54,850 nt of DNA, filler included, from Sphacelaria rigidula (GCA_964200075.2; 5 parts of 5 records of this genome joined end to end with filler, not necessarily neighbours in it), one strand, 5' to 3'; positions 35,684-48,293 are shown, numbered from the whole stretch's first letter. Translations and numbers: made by a program. The notes: generated by a model not told the origin, from the letters alone.

Positions 35684-38600
35684 TTATCTTATTTGCTCGT
35701 ACTCATCCACTTTCCACACAGAAAGCGCCCAGGTTCCACCACATATCTCGTCGTCGTTCCCGCTGCACGGGGTGTAGCAACTGGCGACACCCTGTCTGTC
35801 GTGATCGCCTTTGCTGCCGCACCAGCATCTGTTTTGTTCAGGTGACGACGCCGAAATTTCGACATAAAGAGACACAAGAACGTTCATGTTGACTTTTGAG
35901 AAAGGAAACGATCGGCGATCTATCAAGTCTCCTAGTTGCGGTCCGTCACCATTTACAGTATACAAGAAGGGATTCGACGAAAGTTGGGGGAGGGGCACCT
36001 ACTCGATGAGGGAACAAACTCGTATCACTGAACCCCGTGATCGAACCTTGCATCTTGGTCCGGATATTCTTTTAGATTTCACATCAGCCGCCTCGCCCCG
36101 GTGGTCCAAAGTATATTTGACACCAATACGTTGAGAAGAGGCGAGTACTTTTCCCGACAGACGCGCTTGGTTTGTCATTTTTCTGCGACTTATCAGATCC
36201 CCACCGGTGAAAGCGTTAGGGTGCGAGAGCCAAAGGGATTTCAAATGGTCGATCGAGATATTTTGCAAGATTAGACGCGGTACGAGAGTACCGATCCAAT
36301 CCGCGACACCAAAACGTACGGTGTGTATCCGAGGAGAAATGAATCGACCCCTCGCGGAAGGGAGGGTATAAAGTGGTCTACCTTTATGCCCGCATTACTG
36401 TAGATACACGGATATCCGAGGCGGATGTCTCACATGGATCCGACATCTTAGATGGACATCCTAGATCAGTATGCCCTATGGGCGTCCTGGACAGAGGTCT
36501 ACATTCCACGTGGATACCCCGAGTGGATATTCTGGTGCAGAATCATCCTACGATAGGGGGGGGATATTTTGGGTCACTTTTTGCACGAAATTTCAGGCCA
36601 AGTCATCGTTGAAAGCAGCAACGGTTGCTCGAGCGAGCTTATTTTAGATAAATAACGCGCATTCGTACCAACTGAGATCGTTTTGAACAAAATACAAGTG
36701 CACCGTGAGTATGGCAGATCGTCTGACACACTTATGAGCCTCTACTCTCGTACAATGAAATACCCCCCTCCCCCCACCCCAATCGTACGATGACTCTGCA
36801 CATCTCAGATTCGGACATCCATATCCCAGACGAATGTTCAAGGTGTATCCGATATTCCTGATGGGTATACAAGAGTAATATTCATACCTCAAGTGTACGT
36901 GCACCCGGAATATGAATACTCTGAATGCGTGTCCATATCGATGGCAGATGTCCGCATGAAGGATCAATATCCCAGACGGATCGAATAATCCAGATAGACA
37001 TACATCCCTAATTGATCGGATATCTCAGATTACCATGATATCCGGGTTGGAGGTTGAACGACGATGCAAGGACTCCCGTAAATATTTCCTTCTGCGTCTA
37101 CATGCATTCATGGCGACCAACACCAGACAGCACTTACTCGTTTCCCGCTTCCATTCCAGCGTAAGCAGCACCTTCATCGCGGCAGAACCTCACACATCCC
37201 TGTTCGTGTTTGTGGACGATAAACAACAGCGAGCAGCAGCATGGAGATAGTTGGGGCAACTTATCAGCGTAAGCAGTCGACACAAAAAGAGAATGGCTTC
37301 GACGTTCACATGTGGCGAGTTTCGCACTCATTACGGTCACAACACCCGTGTAGTGTATGTGTAAGATACCCATGCAATACTGAAGTTGGGGCTTCCAGAG
37401 TGGCCTTAATGTGCACACGCTGCACGGTTCGCCGTCATTTCGGCTACAAGAGTTCACCGATGCAGCGTTTCTAAATGTTCCCATGCTTACCTTAGTAGGC
37501 ACTTTCAGATTTGAGGCGTACAAGTATGAATAAGAGGCACTCCTACCTAGCTACTGGTACACAAAAGGGAGAGGCGGGTAGCAGTGGCCCCCTTTTGCAC
37601 CTGATTTCAACTAGCATCGCCACAAGTGATCTCCCATCTCAAACATTTCGACATTGGTTGGATCACGTCTAGCTCTCAGAACGTTTGCTATGGAGACAAT
37701 GGTTCTTCCATCCACGCAATCGTACCACCATCCCATTATCGACGTAAGGCACCCATTCTACATAGGAGACACCCCTACTGCTGATGTGTGCCTGGTTCAC
37801 ACGGACGAACTGCCTGGTGACATCATGATCATCCGGAACCGAGATGGGCATATATTCTAGTTAGCTCTAACCGTAACCGTATATCGTTGAGCCCTTGAAC
37901 ATACCTGTTCCTCGAAACACCCACTTACTATCGGATAAGGACACTGAAATTACGTAGCTGCACATAAACTACAAGTGCAACAAAAACGCTATCGAGTTCC
38001 ACATTTGTCCATTTCGCTCAAACCCTCACCTTCACGGTCATATCGACGATATTTAGGGATCCACTCTCAAATACTCGATCCCTTCTGCTGTCGGCGAAAC
38101 ACCCCATATATCCCTTGGACGCCTTCACATTGGAAGACCGACTTACAGTCACAGCATATCCTCCGCCGCAGTACTGACTAGTGTCGCCAGCGCACGGTGA
38201 CGTGCACTTCGATGAGGAGCCATGCAAGGCGAAGTTCGAGGAGTTGCCGCACCAACACCTGCGGAGGAAAGGGTGGAATTTTGAGCCTCGGTCGCTTCGT
38301 CAGTTATGAAGAAATATTTGCAATTCAGTACATCATAGCAGCCAGGTATGCGCGGCACTGCTATTGCAAGCCAATGAACTCGAGCTGTGTTGGAACGAGA
38401 CGGGTGCATGCCCACGTGCTCTAGTGCATTTGTTGTCATTCATTTTCCTGGCTGGGACGAGATGAGACCATGTTGCATAAGTAGTCTTCGGCATGCTACC
38501 AGCAATCGATCGACATCGACGATGTACTCAAGATACACCCTGGCGACAAGTTCTGTATACGTTGCCATGACCCGTGGCTTGTACTGGACGACACGCGGAT

Positions 38601-41600
38601 CTCAGAGTTGTACGCAATTGCCTAGAAGACACGTGCCGCGCGGTTACTCACTCCTTGGAGAACTGCGTTCCGCTGTAGGTGAAACCTTTTGCCGTGCAGT
38701 GCTCTCCGCATTTCTGTCGAGGACATATACCGAATATATGGGCGGATGTGAATGAGCTCGACTAGAGGCTGCGGGTCACTTGGGAAAGATGGCTGCTCGT
38801 TCCTATGGGGTGGTCAGGGAATTGGGTAGGAGCATCAACTCCTGAAACCAACAACGTGGTAGTTTCTAGACACAACGACCGATCCGTCCTTCGCAGATGT
38901 TTTTCATACCTCGTTCACCCAGGCGTGTGCGCGTGAGACACCCCTGTCCAATGACTACGATGCGCGTATTTCACAGAATTCAGTGCTGTGTTCAAATATT
39001 CCTGTGATAAGCTGCCCTCTGACGCTCAACCGGAAAAATATGACTCACCGAAACTCGGTACCAAGATCACTCACCTGGTCGCATACACCGCACAACGGCG
39101 TAGATCGCGACTGCGTTCAACCAACACCTGAAACATTCAAGCGTGCTATCTACGCGTATCGGCACCATGTCTGGTGCATTTGCGTACGCGAGATGATGAT
39201 AGTTTGCGCAAGGCACTAGAAGTTATGGACATACCTCATTTGTCATATCGACAGACGTGAATCCAAACGACATTATTCGGGTCCTCCGGTTGTCAGAAAA
39301 GCACCCGATAGTACCGGCTGGTGTCAGCGTCGTACTTTCAAGGGCGTGGGTTGTAGCCGTCGTGTAGCTAGAAGTTTTTGATACCGTCATGGCATAGTCC
39401 CCTCCGCAATACTCGCTGGACGCGCCACCCGAGCATGGGGTTGTACACCGTGACGAAGCGCCATGCTTGTCGTAGTCTGGAGAGTTACTGCACCAGCATC
39501 TGCGTGAGGGGAAGAGTTCCATGGTGTATTGTGAATGATAATGTGAAAGAACACAGATTTCGTCTCGAGTCTAAATACACCCAGATACTTTTGCAAATAG
39601 ATTCTCAAAATAGTATAGGACTGAACAGCACTGCGTATATTTACCTCATGGTGTTGGACAGGCACGTCGGACAACTAAAGTTGTGGAAGTTGAAATGTGC
39701 CGAATAGGTGAAACACATCAGCTAACGGTGCTGCAGACTGGTATACCGTTGGCATAGGCAAGCGCTAATGAAAAACCGTTTCCAGAACAGCATGAGGTTA
39801 CTGGTGTCGCGTTCTGGTCTGAGCATGTTGCGTGTCGTGACTTACTCCGTGAAGTACTGTGTGCCGCTGTAGGTGAAGTCATTCGCCATGCAGTATAGGC
39901 CACATTTCTGCAGAAAGACAGGCACGGGGTACATGATGATGGGGCAGTGCGGTATATTGTTTCGTCAGCCTATGATCCCCGCGATGCACTAGAACGTCGC
40001 CATGGTTCCCATGGTCGGTTATTCGTTCAGTTGATCGCATCAACCGCGGTACGTACGCACAGATATTCATGACACCTACATAACGAATGCGGAAAGCACC
40101 ACCTTTGGGAAAGCCTCCATGAATTCGCAACGAGCATAATCGACCTGCGTTTTGACAGCTTCGCGCACACGCAATAACATTTATTTGCTAGATCGCAAAA
40201 CATTCAACAGAAAGCGCTGTCTACAGCACACTGCTTCAAGGTATCAAGGACAAAATTGAGACCAGCGCGCACGAACAAAAAATGCAGTGTTTAGCTGAAA
40301 AAACCCAACCGTTTGATCTGAACAGGAAATGTTCCGCTCTTCCCACCTCATTTGTCATATCGGAAGATGAGAACGCTTTACTCGTCATGATACGATTTAG
40401 TCGGTGATCCTTGAAGCAACCGATCGTATTTGCAGGAGTTGGCGAGGTGGGAGCACCGGTGGGTGCCGGCGTGGGCGGCAGTGGTACGTAACCAGCCGTG
40501 TCTGATACTGTCATCGCAAATTTCCCTCCGCAGGACGTTGTGGGCTCGCCTGCGCACGGTGAAGTGCACCGCGACGAGGAACCATGCTTGTCGTAGTCTG
40601 ACGAATTGCCACACCAGCACCTGTGGCGATTTGATATCATACCAAGAAGGAGTATCCATCCCCTATTATTGATCATTGACTTATGTGTATAATGCAATCA
40701 GCATCGATTGTCTGGGGATTTCGTCGCGACTGCATAGGTTGATGCCGGGTGCTGATAGGGTTAGCCAGCGGCGCTTCCTAAAGCGCTTGCAATATGTACG
40801 TAGAAACACGCGGATAAGCTGAATATTGTTGTGTTCACAACGTACTAGCGTTGGATGGCAATGAAACAGTTTTGTAAGTTTGATAAGATTGTGAGCACGC
40901 ACTGAGGCACAGCTCACCGGAGCTTCGCTGAAGGTTCGTGTTACCACGAAGGTATTTATGCTTAGAGTCGGGATTCATTGAGACATCGTGCTGATCGCTC
41001 TCGTGATATTTCACATTCGACACGGCAAGATGAAAATGGTTCAGCACGCACTCCCGACTACTACGTGGCATGATGGTGGTGGGCGCCTGATAAATTGCGT
41101 ATTACTGTCACATTCACCAATATTCGACCCCCCCCGTTGTATATCGACATTACGCAAGCGACACACTGTGTAGTGAAGGGACATGTTCGCGAGGTTCGCG
41201 AGGGTAGGTAATTCGCACGTTCGGGTTATGGGGAACACGACGTTCACTATATTTCTCCTTGCCTAGGGCGCAAAAGATCGGTACAATCACTCACTCGAAG
41301 CCATACTGCGTGCCGCTGTACGCAAACCCATCGGCGCCACAATACCCCGCACACATCTGCACACAATGAAAGAAACATGCGACGGGAAATAGGAAGTTAG
41401 TATCACATTCCCGAAGACTGAAGACGTGACCGAGATGCCGAATGCCAGTGAGCGGTTAAAGGTAGACTACATAGCTTGCCTTGAAACGGCACATGCGTCC
41501 ATCCACATCTAAGGACCCCATCACATACGATACTCAGGCCATCGGTGTCGACTACCAGATACGCATTTATACAACAGATATAGCATCCACGAGTTTTCGG

Positions 41601-42094
41601 CACACCACGCAAATTCACTCGCGCTGCTACTAGTGCAAGATCCCGTCTACTGTGATGGTGTAGCGTTTCGTTGGGGGGGGGTTCCTGCTGACACGGCAAA
41701 CGCAAGGACATAGTGCACGTTTTTCACGGAGTAAACCGCAAAAATCCAAGATCTATGCTCGAACTTCGCGGTCGGTACGTACTTGATTGGTCATCCCGGG
41801 AGCCGAGAACCCGCGCGTCATGATGGGGTGGAGACGGTGGTCCTTGAAGCAACCAATCGTGCCCGCAGGTGTCGGCGAGGTGGGAGCAGGAGTGGTGAGC
41901 ACGTCCACGGGAGGGGGTATGATCACGGTTGGCGTAGGTTCTGGCGTGTGATTTGTGTCGTCAAACTCCCGAGAAGCACCCGGCGTAGAATATGCCGTGG
42001 GAGCCGCACTGGCTGCCGTTGCCGGCGAAGGAGTTTGGAGACACGATCCTCGGGGATCGTACAAATGTCCGAAGTCTCCGCCCGAATACTCGTA
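35684..42094 (-). CDS. Multi-exon gene for a protein with four tandem WSC carbohydrate-binding domains and Pro/Thr-rich linkers; 5' part incomplete
   Basis: Phase-compatible GT-AG exons: 42094-41783, 41356-41295, 40620-40347, 39907-39846, 39499-39235, 38713-38652, 38258-38030, 37199-37138, 35828-35684 (TAA). The spliced product has 4x GCFxD...MT.. C..(Y/H/F)C...YSGTQY..ECWCG...C..PC.G....CGG..A..V, the canonical 8-Cys WSC pattern. Confidence 0.93.
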
Positions 42095-43141
42095 CTGTTT
42101 CCATCGTAACATAGAGAGAACAGTGCGAATGCGAAGAAGAGATAGAAGGCAAGGGAGAGATTCCACGTTAGACCTGGTCGCCCTTAGAATGACGTGTGTT
42201 GTCTTTCTCACTGGACGCCTGAAATATTCCGGGGCGACCAAAACGTATCATCACGAGCGGATGATACGTAACGTTTGGGAACACAGACTTTTGTGGTATA
42301 CTTATGCCTAAATGCAAGGATGAATCTACAGGGAAAATGAGATCGAGTAACGAGATACACAACAACAACGCCGGGCGTTGTTGCTTCAACATGTACATCC
42401 ACAAGACTGCGCTGTGTTGCGTTTGTACATCCCGGAGTGTACCGCACTAGCCGAACGCCAGTGGTTTCATCCGAGACTCATTGCGTTTAACGGTCTATGG
42501 ACAGTATACGTTTGCAATTAGCACCGGTGAAAACAAAAGGGAGGGATATTTTCGTTTCCCCGTCAGGATGTTCACGTCGGGAAACTGGTGTATTCGGTTT
42601 CAGGAGGGGACGCTGCTGTCAGGCTTCGGCGGCATGAATTGTTTTGTATTAACCAGTCAGTCGCATACCTGTATCAAAGACACCGTTATGTATCTTTATA
42701 CCACGCGGGGTTATTCTCAAACCTGGTGATCCCAGTGTGTATGTCGATAGTTTTACTGTCCCAGGGCCCTCACAGCATCTGCACAGAGTTTTTCCCACGG
42801 TAGGGTGTACTCACTCAGGTGTGTCGTACGGTCCACGGGCGAGCGGGAACGTTTGAACTCCATCTACAAACAAACGCACAAAGCCCCATGACACCACGCG
42901 TGTTGAGAAATGAGACCACGGCGTTTCCGATCAACTCACTTCTCCTTCACGAACGTAAGTTGGTCGAAAAATCGTGTTTTCACACACTTTCGCCTGCGGA
43001 TGGCTCATGATCTTGACTCCCATAGCGAAGCAGTTGATCATCACATTCTCGTAGATCTAGTGCGCCATATCAATGAGGAGAGAACGAGGAGCAACGAGAG
43101 GGAGGACTCGGATGAAATGTCAAATGCTGAATCGTCAACGT

Positions 43142-43352
43142 TGTAATGCGTGAGAGGACCGCGTGCTCAGAGGACCGCATCTGAATTTGAACATCCCTAT
43201 AGTTAGGGTTAGGGTTAGTGTTAGTGTTGGGGTTAGAGTCAGGGGAGTGGTTCCTGCAGGGATTGGCCTGATTGATTTCGAAAAATGTCGATCCTGGGGT
43301 GTTTTGGACTACGGCGCGGTCCTCTAAGCACGCGGTCCTTTCATGCATTACA
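43142..43352. mobile_element. MITE with TGT...ACA ends, 5-bp TSD (AACGT) and internal TTAGGG repeats
   Basis: ~37-bp TIRs TGTAATGCGTGAGAGGACCGCGTGCT / AGCACGCGGTCCTTTCATGCATTACA; AACGT at 43137-43141 and 43353-43357. Confidence 0.88.
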
Positions 43353-43689
43353 AACGTGATGCCCAGCGCTTTCACCGAGGGGGTCGTGAAATGGACTCCC
43401 ATACATGTTGCGTCCAAGCGATTGGGGTTGAATATCCTGCGCGTGCGGCCCGGGTGATGAAGCACATGCAGTTATCCCCATACAACCCTATTTCTACGCC
43501 CCCCTCAAGATGAACTTAGATGGCATAAAGGAATTGAAATGATAATAATGCAATAGCCAATGGTATCAATGGACGAGCAAGCCCAACTCTGCGAGATGCG
43601 TGGGCTGTAGCTAAAGAACATCTGCCGGTGAAGAAGCCATTCTGGTTGTAACAGCCTGGATTCGTTATTGAGATTCAACATTTTGAAGA

Positions 43690-43861
43690 GTTTCAACTCG
43701 AAAACAGTGCTTTCCCTGACCTAAAGTCATGACCCATAAATTTCACATGGATGAGCTCACGCCTGCCGACCTCCTTAAAACTATCTCGGGGGTTGCCCGT
43801 CTTCCGTGCCCCCAAAGCGTATGTGCGAAATCACCTTTTCGCCTCGATATCGGAGCGAAAA
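43690..43861 (+). mobile_element. Partial copy of the 22951-23368 MITE, cut by the contig end
   Basis: CCGACCTCCTTAAAACTAT.TCGGGGG...GTATGTGCGAAA.CAC.TTTT.GCCTCGAT shared. Confidence 0.8.
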
Positions 43862-43961
43862 NNNNNNNNNNNNNNNNNNNNNNNNNNNNNNNNNNNNNNN
43901 NNNNNTTAATTAATTAANNNNNNNNNNNNNNNNNNNNNNNNNNNNNNNNNNNNNNNNNNNN
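43862..43961. other. Artificial contig spacer
   Basis: Same N44-TTAATTAATTAA-N44 block. Confidence 0.99.
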
Positions 43962-43974
43962 AAAAGAGAAACAC

Positions 43975-43977
<3 letters not shown>

Positions 43978-44035
<58 letters not shown>
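43978..44035. repeat. (CA)n microsatellite
   Basis: Direct reading. Confidence 0.97.
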
Positions 44036-44037
<2 letters not shown>

Positions 44038-44269
44038 TTGTACCCCACTCGCCTGCCCCTACAGCAAAACAAGGGTCAACATGAATCGTGCTGAACCGTC
44101 ACGTGAGGACCTGAAGTTCGGCGCGCGCGCGAGCGGGGGGGGTGTTCACTAGACACAGCGACTTGCCAGAAACACATACTCGTGAACTGATATGGTACTA
44201 CTGTGGAAAGCGACCATGTCGTGGCAACACAAAATTCGACTTCACGTTCGACGAGGGAAGGGGACAACG

Positions 44270-44691
44270 ACGCAAGTCTTGAGCTCAATTTTGAGTCGTT
44301 TTTGATGAAATTCTGACATGATGTGCAGGACGTACGTGCAAGGACCCTCAAAATCCCTCCCTGTTTCCTTTTTATTCTTCGTAAGTTTTCGGCGATTTTG
44401 TTCCGAAATGAGCTGTTGAGCTCAATTTTGAGTCGTTTTTTATTAAATTCTGACATGATGTACGAGACGTACAAGCAAAGACCCCCCAAATCCCCCCCTG
44501 TTTTTATCTTTTTTTCTTCGTTAGTTATTGGCGATTTTGTTCCGAAAATAAATGTTCTGAAATGTTCCGTCGCCAATAACTCACGAAGAAAAAAAGAAAA
44601 ACAGGGGGGGGGGGGGGGTCTGGATGTACGTCCCGTACATTGTGTCAGAATTTCATCAAAAACAACTCAAAATTGAGCTCAAGACTCGCGT
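44270..44691. mobile_element. MITE with a tandemly duplicated left arm
   Basis: TTGAGCTCAATTTTGAGTCGTTTT...GGCGATTTTGTTCCGAAA occurs twice (44279-44409, 44416-44549); one inverted arm at 44570-44691. Confidence 0.85.
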
Positions 44692-45252
44692 GTCAACGAC
44701 CCTGTTCGCATCTCCAGCGGCCTGCCTGTACTGTAAACTGATCGTAAATACAAGTAGAGTTGATACTCGTACTGACTGCAGCTGTACAAAGACGATTTCA
44801 ACCATCTTGTCATGCATAGCTCTGAGTTGGCGCGAAATAACTGTTATGTTTCGACTACAACACTAATTACAGGATGATTATCAGGGAGAGCCGAATTTTT
44901 CAGGTACTGTTATCTGTTGTACGGTTACGTCTGCAAGTTGTAGTACGATATGCTCAGATGATCAGTCCGCAATATCAAAATGTTCTTGGAAAGCACGACC
45001 AGTACGATTGATCGTAGAAGCACGAGTCCAGCCGGGTGCAATGAGGCAGACGTCCAATCTCGCCATGCAACAACGAGATTCATGATGCACAACTCGTCAA
45101 ATAGTACACACAAACACCTGGCACACCACAGCATGCATTATTCTCGCCCTCATTTTGACTGACAGACAAGAGTACAACAGTCGTGTACCGCGCCAAGCGC
45201 GAAGTACTCTGGGCTGATTAGCTGATCAAACTCGCTGCTTTTTGAAGGGCAC

Positions 45253-45865
45253 CTTTCGCAGCGAATGCCCCGCCTGCCCTGCGCACTCGATACTGTCTTC
45301 CGAACTCCCCTTTCGCCTTCCCGATCGCCTTCACACCACGACCTCCACCATCACCACTGTAGTCTCCCGTTCCACTGACATCTATCCAGCCATCACCCCC
45401 CCATCGTCGCGCTTCAGTCCCGCTTCGGTCTTCTCCGAAAAAGTCCGACCTGCGACTGCCTTTGGCAGACGTTGAAACGGAAGGGCTTCTTTTACCCCCC
45501 CCGCTTGCTGTCGATCTGTTGCTTCCGTGTCGGTAGCCGCCGCCGCCGTGCCCACCACCGCCGGTGCGGCGCCCACCCTTGCCAGGAGATCCCCCGATTC
45601 GCCTCGTGGTGTAGCCATGACCACGCAGAGACATTCTTGTTGTACTTGAAAGGGGTGTTCTTGTGCTTGAGGCACGGACTCGAATCTTGGTACAACCCAA
45701 ACCTGGTACAAATTTGGATCGAACTCGTAGTCCTGCTGAGGCAGCTCGGGCAGTCAGCACGGGAGCGGCGGTCGTGCTGCACGGGCCCACCACGAGCGTG
45801 GTGGTTGCGAGGAGTAATGTCATAAGACGACATCGAGGAAAGGCGAGTAATGATTGTGAGATCAT
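45253..45865 (-). CDS. First exon of a gene for a signal-peptide-bearing, Gly/Arg/Ser-rich protein
   Basis: ATG 45865, hydrophobic LMTLLLATTTLVVG, long basic presequence-like region, GGRRTGGGGHGGGG low complexity; possible donor AAAG|gtgccc at 45253 (otherwise ORF stop at 45218). Confidence 0.65.
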
Positions 45866-47911
45866 CGTCGTTGTTTGTTGTCAGAGGTGAGAAAAGTGAA
45901 GCCCCAAGGGGACGCTTGGGCTTGATCTACTGTAGACTGAGGTCAGCAGATGCGCTGCAACATTATTATGTGAATCTGTCAAGCAGATGACGTTGTTTAA
46001 CACCCCCTTAAAACGTTTTTCAATCGCGCGTCTCTTGCTTTTCACTATCGAATACTCTTTTCAATCAGAATCGGTAAATAGATCATTCTCGATTGTATTA
46101 ATTACACGCTTTTCAATGTCGGGGAGTGTTGATAGCGCTGGGACTAAAAATACCGCCTAGGGTGTTATACTCCGTCGTCGTAGGTCAAATCTGGGATTCA
46201 ACGCGAAAACAGCACAGCCGTCATTAGACAGGATCCTAGAACATGTTCTACTACAACTGTTGTACTGTAGTTGTACCGGTGGTGCAATGTAGCTCGAAGG
46301 AGTGAATAGCAGCCTGGCGATGGTACGGGCGGTTTTACACGAGTGTAGATGCTGGTCTGGGAACGGTAACACTGTCATCTACCAACAGCAAGAAGAAAGA
46401 AAATTGACCGTTGAGCTATGATCGTCGTGACTCGGGGTCTATTGCATAGTGCCGCCCGCCCTCGGGAGCGGGAATAGATTGAGATTGGGCGGGGTGATAC
46501 GGTACGCCTTGTCATCAGGTCGGCTGGTGACACAGTACAGTCGAGTAATGTAGGCTGTCTCATGTCAGGGGAATCATCGGGGTGTGCTAATCGTGATATG
46601 TGTGGTACATCGTATATTCCTACACTGATTGAATACCGCAAGTATCCTAGCTGCATCTTCTCGATGTACAGTACATGCGTGACATGAAGGGTTGAGCTTG
46701 ATACGCCAGGTGTTTTACAGCTGTGTAGCCAAGGTGTGGCATATATGGAAGCACTACAACGGCCAGGTAATTGTTGCCGTTGCTTTGTCATGGTGAGTTA
46801 TGTTATTTTTATCGCGTACGAGCTCAGATCAACACAATATATGCGCGTGAATATCAGTCTGACTGTTTTCAAATGCCGTTGAATAGTTTTGACGTCGCGT
46901 TCAGTACGGCTCTACTGTACGTCAATGTACTGTCCAGTGAGGTCCACCAAGCTAGGCGATGCTGTCGTTAGCACGGCGGGTGCAAACTGGCTTCGTAAGG
47001 CAGCTCACCCGGCTATGGTCGACCTCGACACAGGGCTGAAAGTTTGGAATTGTACTCCAGAACGGTGCTGCCCAGAGCACAGAGTGGAGGTGCATATGAC
47101 CGGGTCGAACCCCGTTCGCCAGATACGTCCGACGTCGCCACTGGGGGGCACGTTTAGGGTAGCAAGTCCAAGCCAGTGCCACATTATTTCGACACGGGAA
47201 GAGGTTAAGTAATAACTTTAGAGGGTCTCGCTCGGCTTTCACTAATGTCGCGGTGGCAACGCAGGCTTCGACAAAGAAAATCCAAGCCGATGCCACATGG
47301 AGCACATGTCGAAGGTGCAAATCACTGTCTCGAAGTCGCTCGCTCGGTTATCGCCGACCGCGCCCCATGGGGGTATAGTGAGGTGTGTCAAACGGAAATG
47401 AGTTCGTTCATAACGACTGTCATAACGCTGATGTCTGCGTGTAGCCGACTGATGAGCGTACTCTGAGTATTGTAGTGAGCAGGTGTTGCACAGAAAGGAG
47501 TGTCATCGACGGACGGCGCTCGCTTCGAGCGATGCACGGCGGTTTGATGGTGGGGCTGCGGGCTATCGTCATTGGTGGAGTAGCACTATTATACTGTCTA
47601 TAGTACGCCAGGTTTCGTGGTGCTTGGTGGTTGAGGAGTTCGTGCTGTGGCCTCGTTGCGGAGAAATATGATATTTCGTGAGAGAGCCAGCAAGTGGCCA
47701 GAACTTTCACGGTTAGGGCGAATAAAATCGCGATTCGACTCATATTCAACATTCGTACGAATCAATCATACGATTCGTACACAAGTTGTGATTTGTTACA
47801 TGTCTTGCGTTCGTGATTCGTACGACACTACCTGAAGTGTGCACAATTCCCAGTTCGTGATTAGTGCGATACATCGTCGAACGTACACGTTTTCTATTTT
47901 CCATTAGTGTG

Positions 47912-48293
47912 GTGTGAATCATCGATACATGTTCCCTGATTTCAATTTATTCAGCATGAATCAATCGTCCATGTTTCCCACCTTCCATTCACACGAGGTG
48001 AATCACAGGTACATGGTTTTCCAATTTCCGTTCACGCAGCATGAATCAATCGTCCATGTTTCCCACCTTCCATTCGTACGAGGTGAATCGAGCGTACATG
48101 GTTTCCAATTTCCGTTCATCCAGCATGAACTACACGTACGTATTCTCCGCCTTCTATCTATACGAGGTGAATCAAGCGTACATGTTTCCCGATTCCCGTT
48201 CACGCAGCATGAATCACACGTACATGTTCCCCAACTTCGATTCATACAAGATGAATAAAGTGTGCATGTCTCCCACCCACGATTCATACAGGA
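47912..48293. repeat. 42-bp minisatellite, ~9 units, alternating two unit types
   Basis: TGAA(T/C) at 47915, 47957, 47999, 48042, 48084, 48126, 48168, 48210, 48252. Confidence 0.9.

Noticed and set aside
35829..41782. Introner-type repeated introns in the WSC gene
   Set aside because: Intron positions are shared but their sequences and lengths are not visibly similar
47912..48293. CRISPR array
   Set aside because: Whole units are homologous with no unique spacers, there are no cas genes, and the context is eukaryotic
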